Source: Bacillota bacterium
GTDB taxonomy: Bacteria > Bacillota > Limnochordia > DTU080
Reading direction: 5' to 3'
Length of the DNA stretch: 64,000 nt
NCBI GenBank assembly: GCA_012840225.1
Contig: DULU01000091.1
Location: forward strand, 1,408 to 65,407
Shown: positions 1 to 8,533 of the stretch, in pieces
Layout: every line of letters begins with the position of its first letter
How positions within the stretch are numbered: the stretch's first letter is position 1
Notes under the pieces: generated by a model
Told to the model about the DNA's origin: nothing
What the model saw: the letters and a program-made list of their open reading frames with translations, nothing else
Database searches by the model: none
Made by a program: the position numbers and the translations under genes

Positions 1-16
1 GCAAGTTCTGGAAGAG

Positions 17-1270
17 TTGCACATCACCGACAGCGCCGCCCTCTGGCAGCCTTATTGGGAGGAGTCGATGGCCGGCCTGGCGGCTTGTCCCCGGCCGCTG
101 CCCTCCCGCGAGCAGATCCTTGAAGACAGCCGCTGGTGCGGCCTTTCCGCCGCCGCCGGCGAGGAGTTGGCGGCTTTTGCCGGGCGGGTGGAAAACAATC
201 CGGCCTTGCTGCAGCTTTACTGGCACTGCTGTTGTTTGTTATACGACCATGAAGATTATGGTAAAACCGGCGAATGGCCTTACCTGACGCAGGTGCTGGG
301 CGACGAAGCCGGTCTTTTTTATCTCCTGGTCGGTTTGGCCATGGTGCCCCGGGTGAAGGAAGTGCACCGGAAGATGGGGGTGCCGGCGGAAGTCAGCCGG
401 GAGACCTGCCTGCAGATCGCCTGCTTTGCCGGCAATTATTACCGCGCTACGGGCGGCAAATACGGCATTTCCCTCAAGCAGATCTACTGGCTGCGCCACT
501 ATACTGCCGGCCAACTCTTCCGCCTCGGCCGCTTTGAGTATAGGATCAAGCCGTTTCAGCTGCCCGTGGAAGTGTACCGCCATATGAAGACCGGTTGCAC
601 CCTGGCTTTGGCCGCCGCCGGCTGGCTTTTCAACGGCGAGGGCTACATCGTCGGCAAGGAGCCGAATTCGGAGCTGCCGGGGAGTTGGCTGTCGGAGATG
701 GAATATGGCGAGCGCACGGTAAGTGGCTATCCTGTCTCTCCTTTCGGCATGGCCCTGAGGCGGAAGGTAGAGCTAAACCTCGATGAATGGCAATGCGTCC
801 TGCGCCGGGGAGACAAAACGCTCGACATGCACATTCCCGCCGGCGGCGGCATGACGCCCGAGGTTTGTCGCGCCTCTTTTGAGCAGGCACCGCCGTTTTT
901 TGCCCGCTTTTTCCCCGAGGAGAAAGTGAATGCCATCACCTCCAGTTCCTGGATTTTCAACAATCAGCTGCAGGAGATCACCCTCTCCTCGGACAACCTG
1001 GCCGCTTTCCAGAGAGAAATATACCTCTTCCCGGTGCTCTCCAGCGGCCGGGATGGTTTGTGGTTTATTTTCCTGCAGGATGAGTTCGATCCGGCCACAG
1101 CCCCGAGGCAAACCAGTTTACAGAGAGCGGTGGCTGATTACATACAAGCCGGAAATCGTTGGCGGGGAGGAGGGATGTTCTTTCTTATCCCGGATCTGGT
1201 TGAATTCGGCCGCCAGGTATACCGCCGGCGCTGGCCGGAATGCCTGCGCTTGGCAGGCGCGGCGGAATAA
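17..1270 (+). CDS. hypothetical protein, possibly acyltransferase-like (NAT_N/GNAT_C, DUF5596-type); the 5' end may lie upstream of the window
   Basis: 417-aa ORF. The frame stays open back to nt 2, so the start is uncertain. Codon usage matches its neighbours. The motif KTLDMHIPAGGGMTPE recalls the GNAT-like C-terminal domain family, but that is from memory only. Confidence 0.5.
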   Translation: MHITDSAALWQPYWEESMAGLAACPRPLPSREQILEDSRWCGLSAAAGEELAAFAGRVENNPALLQLYWHCCCLLYDHEDYGKTGEWPYLTQVLGDEAGLFYLLVGLAMVPRVKEVHRKMGVPAEVSRETCLQIACFAGNYYRATGGKYGISLKQIYWLRHYTAGQLFRLGRFEYRIKPFQLPVEVYRHMKTGCTLALAAAGWLFNGEGYIVGKEPNSELPGSWLSEMEYGERTVSGYPVSPFGMALRRKVELNLDEWQCVLRRGDKTLDMHIPAGGGMTPEVCRASFEQAPPFFARFFPEEKVNAITSSSWIFNNQLQEITLSSDNLAAFQREIYLFPVLSSGRDGLWFIFLQDEFDPATAPRQTSLQRAVADYIQAGNRWRGGGMFFLIPDLVEFGRQVYRRRWPECLRLAGAAE

Positions 1271-1345
1271 CGGTGAGGCCCACCCACTGGCGGCGGGATA
1301 GCCGACCGGCGACAAAATTCTAAAATCGTGGAGGTGTTTCCGTTC

Positions 1346-2623
1346 ATGAAGAAGGAAGCTCTTGTTGCTCTGGTCATGGGGGCGGCACTGCTGATCATCT
1401 GTACCGCCGGCACCGGTGGGCTGGAGGCCGCCCGGCAGATTGAGGTGTGGTCCTTTTATCGCCTGTTTTATGGCGGCTACGGCCAGTCGGGCCAGGTCGA
1501 CCAGACCCAATCCTTGCTGGACCGCTTTACCAAGGAAACCAAAATTCAGGTGAACATCGAGTATATCGGCCGGAACAATATGGAAGAGGCTTTAGAACAG
1601 CTCAGGCAGGGTAGAGGTCCTGATGTCATCATCGGCGACGTTGATGCTGAATACTTGTCGACGCTCGATCGTTTTATCGACCGGTGGGCCGATCGCCGCA
1701 ATATGATGCAGCAATTTTACGACCGCGACAGCCGCTCCGGAGCCGTCATCGGCTTGCCGTTGACCATCATTCCTTATGGGATGAGCTATTTTAAGGTCTA
1801 TTTCCGCGATGCCGGCCTGGATGCCAGAAGCGTCTCCTCCAGTTGGGAAGATCTGGAGGCGGCGGTGACTAAACTCACCATGGGTCCGCCCAGTCGCCGG
1901 GCAGGTCTGGAAACTTCCTGGAACGGCACCTTTTTTGAATGTCTCCTGTTGCAGAACGGCGGCCGCTTCATCTCCACCGACGGGCGCAGATCGCTCCTCA
2001 ATTCCAAGGCCGCCGTCGAAGCGCTGGAATTTATGGCCGCTTTGTTCCAGGCTTCCCGTCCGGCGGACCATCCGGTGTGGAGCACCTATGACTGGCGCTT
2101 TCCCTTGCAGTCGGCCATGTATTACGGCACCCCCACCGTCGGGCGACAGCTGGCCGACATTGCCGCCAGAGGGGCCGATGTGCTCGGCGCCTTTGCACCC
2201 AAGCGCTGCTCCAGTTGTCAGACGGTGGTGCGGGCCCAGCCATACATGTACCTGCGTATTCCCAAGACAGCCAGGGACAGCCAATCGGCCTGGACCTTCG
2301 TCTCCTGGATGCTGAGCCGGGATATCAGCGTTCATATCAGCGGTCTCTTCTGGAGCCTGCCGCCGCGCACCGATGTGCAGCAGCAGGTGGCGAGGACCCA
2401 GCCGCTCCTCGTGGACTGGTATAAGATGCTGCCCAACACCACGGCTGATGTGTATAAAAACCAGGCCTACGATGCCATTGCCCCCGCCTTGTTCCCACGT
2501 TCCCAGGAGCGGCAGAACAGCATGCTGTTCCAGGTCCTGAGAGGTGAGTTGCGCGCCGATCTGGTGCTGAATCAGGTGCATGCCGATTTTCAGGTCGCTA
2601 TCGATGCTTTGCTGCGCCGCTAG
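1346..2623 (+). CDS. ABC transporter extracellular solute-binding protein (family 1, sugar-type), probable lipoprotein
   Basis: RBS GGAGGTG at 1330-1336 lies 9 nt before the ATG at 1346. The N-terminus MKKEALVALVMGAALLIICTAG is a signal peptide with a Cys. Size and overall composition resemble sugar-binding proteins. No permease or ATPase gene is adjacent. Confidence 0.7.
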   Translation: MKKEALVALVMGAALLIICTAGTGGLEAARQIEVWSFYRLFYGGYGQSGQVDQTQSLLDRFTKETKIQVNIEYIGRNNMEEALEQLRQGRGPDVIIGDVDAEYLSTLDRFIDRWADRRNMMQQFYDRDSRSGAVIGLPLTIIPYGMSYFKVYFRDAGLDARSVSSSWEDLEAAVTKLTMGPPSRRAGLETSWNGTFFECLLLQNGGRFISTDGRRSLLNSKAAVEALEFMAALFQASRPADHPVWSTYDWRFPLQSAMYYGTPTVGRQLADIAARGADVLGAFAPKRCSSCQTVVRAQPYMYLRIPKTARDSQSAWTFVSWMLSRDISVHISGLFWSLPPRTDVQQQVARTQPLLVDWYKMLPNTTADVYKNQAYDAIAPALFPRSQERQNSMLFQVLRGELRADLVLNQVHADFQVAIDALLRR

Positions 2624-2662
2624 AGCATATATATAATAATGTAGCGAAGAAAAGGGGAGGCG

Positions 2663-3283
2663 ATGGCCATAGCTCTGCAATATAACCGCAACAGAGCGGT
2701 GCAGTATGGCCATCGCCATGTTTTTGCTCCCAACCCGCAGTTTGCCAACATGGATACGGCCGGGGGCGGTGGGGACTGCACCAATTTTACCTCTCAGTGC
2801 CTCTTGGCCGGCGGGTGGAACATGGATTATCGCTATTCCGGCTATGACGGCGAATGGTGGTATAGGCATAGAGGCACGGCACCCTTTGATGAGGATCAGA
2901 ACGACTGGTGGTCCTGCACCTGGTCGCTGCCGGCGCTGCTTGAGCGTTATCTGGCTTTCAACGGGGGGGTGAGGCTCGATTTGCAGAACTACCCCCGGCT
3001 GGCCGGCCGCCTGCGCCTGGGCGATGTGATCTTTTACGATTGGGACGGCGACGGTTTGTTTGATCACAGCGCCATGGTGACCAGGCGGAGGGAAGGGGTG
3101 CCATATGTGACCTATCGTACCCTGGCGCCGCTTGAGCCGATAAGAGACGGGCACTGGCAACTCAGGTTCCGCCGCAGAGCGAGGAATATCATCGGCATGC
3201 TCCTCCCCGATGAGCTGCCGTTATATGAAACGGCTCCGGACTGGTCGAAACTGGTGCCCTGCGACCGCCGCCGCCTGGCCTGA
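2663..3283 (+). CDS. putative amidase-domain protein (Amidase_6-like, Cys peptidase-like)
   Basis: YNRNRAVQYG...GGGDCTNFTSQCLLAGGW matches the conserved opening of the 'putative amidase domain' family, including the candidate catalytic Cys. Confidence 0.6.
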   Translation: MAIALQYNRNRAVQYGHRHVFAPNPQFANMDTAGGGGDCTNFTSQCLLAGGWNMDYRYSGYDGEWWYRHRGTAPFDEDQNDWWSCTWSLPALLERYLAFNGGVRLDLQNYPRLAGRLRLGDVIFYDWDGDGLFDHSAMVTRRREGVPYVTYRTLAPLEPIRDGHWQLRFRRRARNIIGMLLPDELPLYETAPDWSKLVPCDRRRLA

Positions 3284-3331
3284 CGGCGGCCCCGGAGCGT
3301 AAAGCTATAGCCGCGGGAGCATGTCAACAGC

Positions 3332-4111
3332 TTACCATTTGATCCCCACCAGGGGGCGGATCTGGGTTTCGGACCGGAGGCCCGCCGTCTCGGTCAGATG
3401 CGTGATATTAAAGTCAAAAAAGAAAATGTTGAAAAACAGCTGGCGGTAGCCGCAGGTGCCGCCGATCTGGTAGCTGCTGTGCGGATATGGTTTGGCGCGG
3501 CTGTGCGCTCCGAAATACCAGCCGAGATAAGGGCCATTGTGCCGCTCGGGCGAGAGGTAGAGCCGCCAACCGGTATAAAAACCGATCCGCTCTTCGGCGG
3601 CGAGCAACCTCAGCAGGATGCCGAAGCGCGATTCCAGTTCCAGATCCAGGCCGCTCCGCCGGGAGAGAGCTCCGGCATTCAGCGCCAGAGAGCTGTTTTT
3701 GTGGTAGGAGGCATATAAGGCGCGAGCCACCATTTCGGAAATAATTTCTGCCGCCAGGCGGCTGAAGAAGCCGCCCCCGGAATCCGCTTTTTTGAGGTTG
3801 CTCTTGGAACTGCTGTCCGGCTTCACCGGTTTCACCGGCTGCGGCGTTGGGGTAACGGGAACAGGTTTTTTGCCATCCTGGTCTTCCTTATCATATGTAG
3901 GCGGGGTGGGGGTGGCCGTTCCTGGAGCACAAGCAGGATCATCATTATTGTCGCAGGCTTTCCAGCCGTAATCGGCCGCCACCGGGACCGGTGCAGGGGT
4001 GAGGGAGAGAGCCTGCGCTCCGGCTAAGGATAAGCCGGGGAAGCCCAGGAGAACTATCAGAGCCCAAAAAAGGCTGATCCAGAAGCGAGCCGGATGGCGA
4101 TTTTTCTGCAT
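3332..4111 (-). CDS. secreted protein with a Pro/Thr-rich linker and a beta-rich C-terminal domain ending in W (OMP-like)
   Basis: Signal peptide MQKNRHPARFWISLFWALIVLLGFPGLSLAGAQA. A PTPPT/PVKPVKP linker follows. The C-terminal ~130 aa show alternating hydrophobic residues and end ...IRPLVGIKW. It lies 48 nt downstream of the 946-aa gene on the same strand. Confidence 0.6.
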   Translation of the reverse strand: MQKNRHPARFWISLFWALIVLLGFPGLSLAGAQALSLTPAPVPVAADYGWKACDNNDDPACAPGTATPTPPTYDKEDQDGKKPVPVTPTPQPVKPVKPDSSSKSNLKKADSGGGFFSRLAAEIISEMVARALYASYHKNSSLALNAGALSRRSGLDLELESRFGILLRLLAAEERIGFYTGWRLYLSPERHNGPYLGWYFGAHSRAKPYPHSSYQIGGTCGYRQLFFNIFFFDFNITHLTETAGLRSETQIRPLVGIKW

Positions 4112-4158
4112 GACGATTACCTCTTTTTGGGTTAATTGCGGCGCCGGAGCGCTATGTC

Positions 4159-6999
4159 TCAGATGTTTGGTATGATGAACCGTAAATAAACCGACCAGGG
4201 TACTTCTTTGCCGGTCAACGGTTTTGCTGCTCCCAGGCGCACTTCGACAGGTGTGTTATATGCCAGATAGAGGCGGATTCCTGTTTCCAGACCGGCACTG
4301 GCCAACAAAACATGGTTCTCCAGGTCCAATGTGACACTCTTCTCGTCAATGTGGCCGGTCCAGGCCACGTCGGTGAAGATACCGGCAGTGGCCTCCGCCA
4401 CGAAGACGGGCGAGTCGGCAAACCCTTTCTTTATGGGGAAACGCAGCTCATATTGTCCTGATAAGCCGGCACTTAGCAGATCTGCCGATTTTTCTCCGCT
4501 TCCTCTGACCATGAAGTCGGAATTGGTGCCGCCGATGGGCACCAGGCCCGCGCCGCCGGCGAAGGCCGCCCCTCCTTTGATCATGAAGCGATGGCGGCGG
4601 TTATATATGGTATTGTCGAAGGTATAGACGCACGATTCGATTTTTTCTGCCGGCAGGCGAGTTAATGTGACTGAGGAGAGACCGAGCCGCGTCAGAGTGC
4701 CGGAACCGGTGAGAGAGGCCTTTTGCCAGGCCAGCAGATATACCGGCGTCCAGGGGCGCCGGGCATTTTGCCCCGCTCTGGCCCGGAGAAGGGCACCGGC
4801 CAGCTGTTGTTGGTACCTTGAGCCGCCCCAGCTATAGGCCAGGCTCAAGCCTTGTTGCTCTATAAGTTTGTTATTGAATACCCGCTCGGCCTGCACGGTA
4901 AGCTGCCACTGTTTGCTCCGGCCGAAGAGATGGGTAAAGGCCGTTTTATAGCCAAAGCCTCCCTGGGGGTGGTAAGAAAGGCTGAGGCTATAACCGATGG
5001 TGCTCAGCACATCCTGTCCGGAGGTGAAGATGCCGACAGCATTGGTCCGCTCGTCGTCCGGGAAAGGCAGCATGTATGTGGGGGCGAGTGTGGTAAGGGG
5101 CGAGTAGACTTTAGCCGGGGGCATGGGGTAGATATCCGGCTTCGGCTGCGGTGGGGTGTGGGCGAGCGGGCGCGACACCTCCATCCAGGTGCTCGGCACC
5201 AGCGGGAGGGAGGCCAGTTGGAAACCGTCGGCGGTATATTGCGAGCAGATGAGGCTTTGACCGTCCGGCGCCGGAGCGGGCGTGAAGAGGCCGGTGAGAA
5301 CGTTGGTGAGACGATAGTGCTTGCCGGTGACGGTGTCGTATGCATATATGTTATAAATACCCGACAGATCGGAATCATAGAAGAGGAAGCGTCCATCCGG
5401 GGACCAGGCTTCGTTTTCATCCACCGCCTGATCGTACATCAAAGGCTGAGCGGCTCCGGTCTTCAGGTCCGCCAGGTAAATATCGGTATAGCCGCCCGGC
5501 TGCCAGACAGTGACCGCCAGCCTGTCACCATCCGGGGCATAGGAGGCCGAGATGATGACGGCTTCTTGCGGGAGAGCGAGGGCAGGTTGGAATTCCTTCT
5601 CCAGGCCGTCTCTCAGGTCGTGGATCACCAGCCGGGTAGCCGGCGGATCGGCTTTGGAGACATATAAAAGCCGGTGGCCGTCCGGCGAGAGAGCAGGTGC
5701 CGTGGCTCTCTTGCCGTAGGTGATGCGCTTCTCTTTTCCCGCCGCCAGATCCCAATAATAGATGTCGCCATATTCTGTATCCATTCTGTCACCGTTCAGG
5801 CGGCTGTAATATATTTTTGTCCCGTCAGGCGACCAGGCGATATTGCCTCCGGCCATAGCAACGGCCGTCGTCAGCTCCTTATCCCCGGCGGGGCCGATAA
5901 GGCGGATGCTTTCGTGGACTTCGCCCCTGGTGTAATAGGCGACGGCGTTTCCATAGGGGGCGACGGCCGGATGCAGGGCATATTCTCCCCGGCTGTCCAG
6001 CGGCTTAAGCTCGCTCAGGCCGAGGGCGGCCACCTCTTCAGCCTCTGCCGCATAGCGGCGGCGGGCTTGGTTTTGCCAATCGTCCCACAGCTCCTCGATA
6101 TCTTTGCCCAGCACCCGCCGTAAGGCGTTGCCCCAGAGGTATGGCTGCTGAATAAAGGAATAATTGATTTCCCGCAGTTGGTCATGGCCATAGGTGGAAG
6201 AGAGGTATTGCAGGAAAGCCAGGCCGTAGAGATATGGCCCTCCGGCCGGGTCAAAGTCATGGGGATAATGGCCTATGGCCTGATCCAGCCGCATTTCCTT
6301 GCCGGCGAGGAAGGCGGTCCTCAGGAACATTTCATAATACGGATCCCGGCCCCGCCCGGAGGTGGTCAATTCCGTCTCGGCCAAGACCGCGAATCCTTCG
6401 AGCGCCAGGGGTGGTTGCAGCGCATTCGGGGTGGACAAGAGGGGAACTTTGCCGAAGGTGCGGCGCACCAAAGTGGAGGCGCCTCGGTTCATGTCCATAT
6501 GTACCAGGTGGGTATATTCATGAATGAACAATAGCCGCAAGGGATCGTCGATGCGGGGACCGAGCCCTGTAAAGTAGGCAGTGTAATTGCCGGGAAAGAC
6601 GGGGAAGAGGATGGTCAGAGGCCGGTATAAATAGACGGCCTGGCCGTTGGGTATATCGCTTTCGTCGGCGATGATGAGGTGGGCTTTATCTTCCGGCACA
6701 TGGCCGACCCAGGCTGTCACCCTGGGATGCTCAGCCTCGGCAATTGCCAAAAGGCGGGCGGCGATCTCCTGGTGTTCGGGGCGGAAATAGATATAAAAAT
6801 GCTCGCTTTCCGCATATAGCCAGTGTTCGGTAAAAGCGGCGGCAGGTGCGCTGCAGGCGGCGGTGAAAAATAACATGACGATCGCCACGAACATGCCCAA
6901 AGACAACGGATGGAAAACATGATGGCCAAGAGGGTGTCCGGCGCCGACAGCCCGATGGAGAAAGCGCATGAATTTCCACCTCCGCCATGTTTTTTCCAC
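4159..6999 (-). CDS. secreted multidomain protein: HExxH metallopeptidase-like N-domain, PD40/TolB-like beta-propeller repeats, C-terminal beta-barrel-like region
   Basis: 946-aa ORF. The N-terminal hydrophobic segment LGMFVAIVMLFFTAACSAPAAA is a signal peptide or possible lipobox. HEYTH occupies residues 160-164 (nt 6508-6522). Repeated WSPDG/LSPDG/YAPDG/PAPDG motifs are typical of PD40 blades. The last ~330 aa have an amphipathic beta-strand pattern. Confidence 0.75.
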   Translation of the reverse strand: MEKTWRRWKFMRFLHRAVGAGHPLGHHVFHPLSLGMFVAIVMLFFTAACSAPAAAFTEHWLYAESEHFYIYFRPEHQEIAARLLAIAEAEHPRVTAWVGHVPEDKAHLIIADESDIPNGQAVYLYRPLTILFPVFPGNYTAYFTGLGPRIDDPLRLLFIHEYTHLVHMDMNRGASTLVRRTFGKVPLLSTPNALQPPLALEGFAVLAETELTTSGRGRDPYYEMFLRTAFLAGKEMRLDQAIGHYPHDFDPAGGPYLYGLAFLQYLSSTYGHDQLREINYSFIQQPYLWGNALRRVLGKDIEELWDDWQNQARRRYAAEAEEVAALGLSELKPLDSRGEYALHPAVAPYGNAVAYYTRGEVHESIRLIGPAGDKELTTAVAMAGGNIAWSPDGTKIYYSRLNGDRMDTEYGDIYYWDLAAGKEKRITYGKRATAPALSPDGHRLLYVSKADPPATRLVIHDLRDGLEKEFQPALALPQEAVIISASYAPDGDRLAVTVWQPGGYTDIYLADLKTGAAQPLMYDQAVDENEAWSPDGRFLFYDSDLSGIYNIYAYDTVTGKHYRLTNVLTGLFTPAPAPDGQSLICSQYTADGFQLASLPLVPSTWMEVSRPLAHTPPQPKPDIYPMPPAKVYSPLTTLAPTYMLPFPDDERTNAVGIFTSGQDVLSTIGYSLSLSYHPQGGFGYKTAFTHLFGRSKQWQLTVQAERVFNNKLIEQQGLSLAYSWGGSRYQQQLAGALLRARAGQNARRPWTPVYLLAWQKASLTGSGTLTRLGLSSVTLTRLPAEKIESCVYTFDNTIYNRRHRFMIKGGAAFAGGAGLVPIGGTNSDFMVRGSGEKSADLLSAGLSGQYELRFPIKKGFADSPVFVAEATAGIFTDVAWTGHIDEKSVTLDLENHVLLASAGLETGIRLYLAYNTPVEVRLGAAKPLTGKEVPWSVYLRFIIPNI

Positions 7000-7039
7000 A
7001 TCCGGTGCAGATCACCTTTAGTATGGAGCTGGGAGATAA

Positions 7040-7591
7040 TTGAAACAGATTGTGCCGGTGCATCTCTGCTGTTTCCGTTCTTTCATCGGTTGGATAATCA
7101 CGGCTGAAACGGCCCGGGGGCTGTTCTTTACCGGCATCGGTGCGGACCGGGAAGAGGCCATATCCGCTTTCCGCACCGCTTTCCCGCACCTGAGCGAGGC
7201 GGCCGGACGGGTAGAGACGGAGCCGCACCTGCCGGCCGGGAGTGCTGCCGCTCTGATCAAGGCCTATCTGGAATCAGGGCCGCGCCTCCGGCAAGTGTGG
7301 CAGGAATTGGCGGTTTTGCCGCTCGACCTGGAACCCACTCCTTTTCAGAAGCGGGTGTGGCAGCGCATGCGGCAGCTCGTTCCGGGAGAAACCATAAGCT
7401 ATGGTCGGCTGGCCCGCGAGTGCGGCTCCCCGGGGGCGGCAAGGGCGGTGGGAGCCGCCTGTGCAGCCAATCCGGTGGCCATTGTTATCCCCTGCCACCG
7501 GGTGATTCGGTCGGCGGGCGGACTGGGCGGCTTCGGCTGGGGACTGGAGCGCAAACAAGCCTTGCTGGACTGGGAGAGACGCTTCTGTTAG
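7040..7591 (+). CDS. ogt: methylated-DNA--protein-cysteine methyltransferase
   Basis: Active-site motif IVIPCHRVI, preceded by ISYGRLA...GSPGAARAVGAACAANP. The start codon (TTG 7040) is uncertain. Confidence 0.85.
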   Translation: MKQIVPVHLCCFRSFIGWIITAETARGLFFTGIGADREEAISAFRTAFPHLSEAAGRVETEPHLPAGSAAALIKAYLESGPRLRQVWQELAVLPLDLEPTPFQKRVWQRMRQLVPGETISYGRLARECGSPGAARAVGAACAANPVAIVIPCHRVIRSAGGLGGFGWGLERKQALLDWERRFC

Positions 7592-8436
7592 CCGGAGGGG
7601 AACTTTTCTCCGGAGAGGCGCTTCTCTCCGGAGAGGCGCTTCTCTTCCTCTCTTTGCCAGCGCACCACTGCTTCATAAGGAATGCTCCCGCCGAAGAGAT
7701 CCAGGGCGCTGCCGATGGTCAGGTCCACTCTGCCGCTGCCGAGAGCGCGCACCAGATCCAGATCGGCAAGGGAGGCCACCCCGCCGGCATAGGTGACCGG
7801 CAAGGGGGAAATCTTTCCTAAAAGTTCGACCAGCTCGCCGTCGATGCCCCGGCGGCGGCCTTCCACATCGGCGGCGTGGATCAAAAATTCGGCGCAATAG
7901 CCGGCCAGGCGCTCCAGAGTGTCGGGGACGATAGTCACCTCGGTGAACACCTGCCAGCGGTTGGTGACTACATAATATAAACCGTCTTCTCCCCGCCGGC
8001 AGCTCAAATCGATGACCAGACGCTCCCGGCCGACGGCTTGCACCAGTTCCGCCAGACGGTCAAAATCGAGGCGGCTACCCCTGAAAATATAGGAGGTGAC
8101 GATGCAATGGCTGGCTCCCGCCTCCAGAAAGTGAGCGGCTTTCTTCGGGGTGATGCCCCCACCGACCTGCAGTCCGCCGGGATAGGCCGCCAGGGCGGTG
8201 AGAGCGGCTTCTTCGTTGCCTGGCCCGAGCATGATCACATGTCCTCCCGGCAGCCTGTCACGGCGATAGAGCTCGGCATAATAGGCCGGGGAGGTACGGC
8301 TGGCGAAATTGACGATGAGGGAGCCGGGATCTTTGTCGGAAAGGGTGGCTCCCACAATTTGTTTGACCATGCCGCCGTGCAGGTCGATGCAAGGACGAAA
8401 GCGCAAGGCTTTCCCTTCTTTCTGTGGAAATTTCAA
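7588..8436 (-). CDS. hisA: phosphoribosylformimino-5-aminoimidazole carboxamide ribotide isomerase, His6 (eukaryote-type HisA) family
   Basis: RFRPCIDLHGGMVKQIVG ... GLQVGGGI ... IHAADVEGRRRGID ... TYAGGV fits the His6/HisA TIM-barrel pattern. An alternative TTG start at 8408 has RBS GAAGGGA. The C-terminal tail is encoded by an 18-bp tandem repeat. Confidence 0.65.
   Translation of the reverse strand: MKFPQKEGKALRFRPCIDLHGGMVKQIVGATLSDKDPGSLIVNFASRTSPAYYAELYRRDRLPGGHVIMLGPGNEEAALTALAAYPGGLQVGGGITPKKAAHFLEAGASHCIVTSYIFRGSRLDFDRLAELVQAVGRERLVIDLSCRRGEDGLYYVVTNRWQVFTEVTIVPDTLERLAGYCAEFLIHAADVEGRRRGIDGELVELLGKISPLPVTYAGGVASLADLDLVRALGSGRVDLTIGSALDLFGGSIPYEAVVRWQREEEKRLSGEKRLSGEKFPSG
7608..7643. 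repeat. perfect 2 x 18-bp tandem repeat (ctccggagaggcgcttct), with a degenerate third copy just upstream
   Basis: Read directly. On the minus strand it encodes the (EKRLSG)n tail of the hisA-like protein. Confidence 0.9.
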
Positions 8437-8533
8437 TATAAAAGCGGGGCCCGAAAGCCGGAAGGTTAATCTATTATATCACGCTAAAAAAGCAAATATC
8501 TGCTAGTAAGTCGCGTTGGAGGTGCGGTGGACC

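Noticed and set aside
7591-7643. Tandem 18-bp repeats considered as a possible CRISPR-like or minisatellite element
   Set aside because: There are only about 2.9 directly adjacent copies with no spacers. They lie inside a coding frame and encode an (EKRLSG)n tail.
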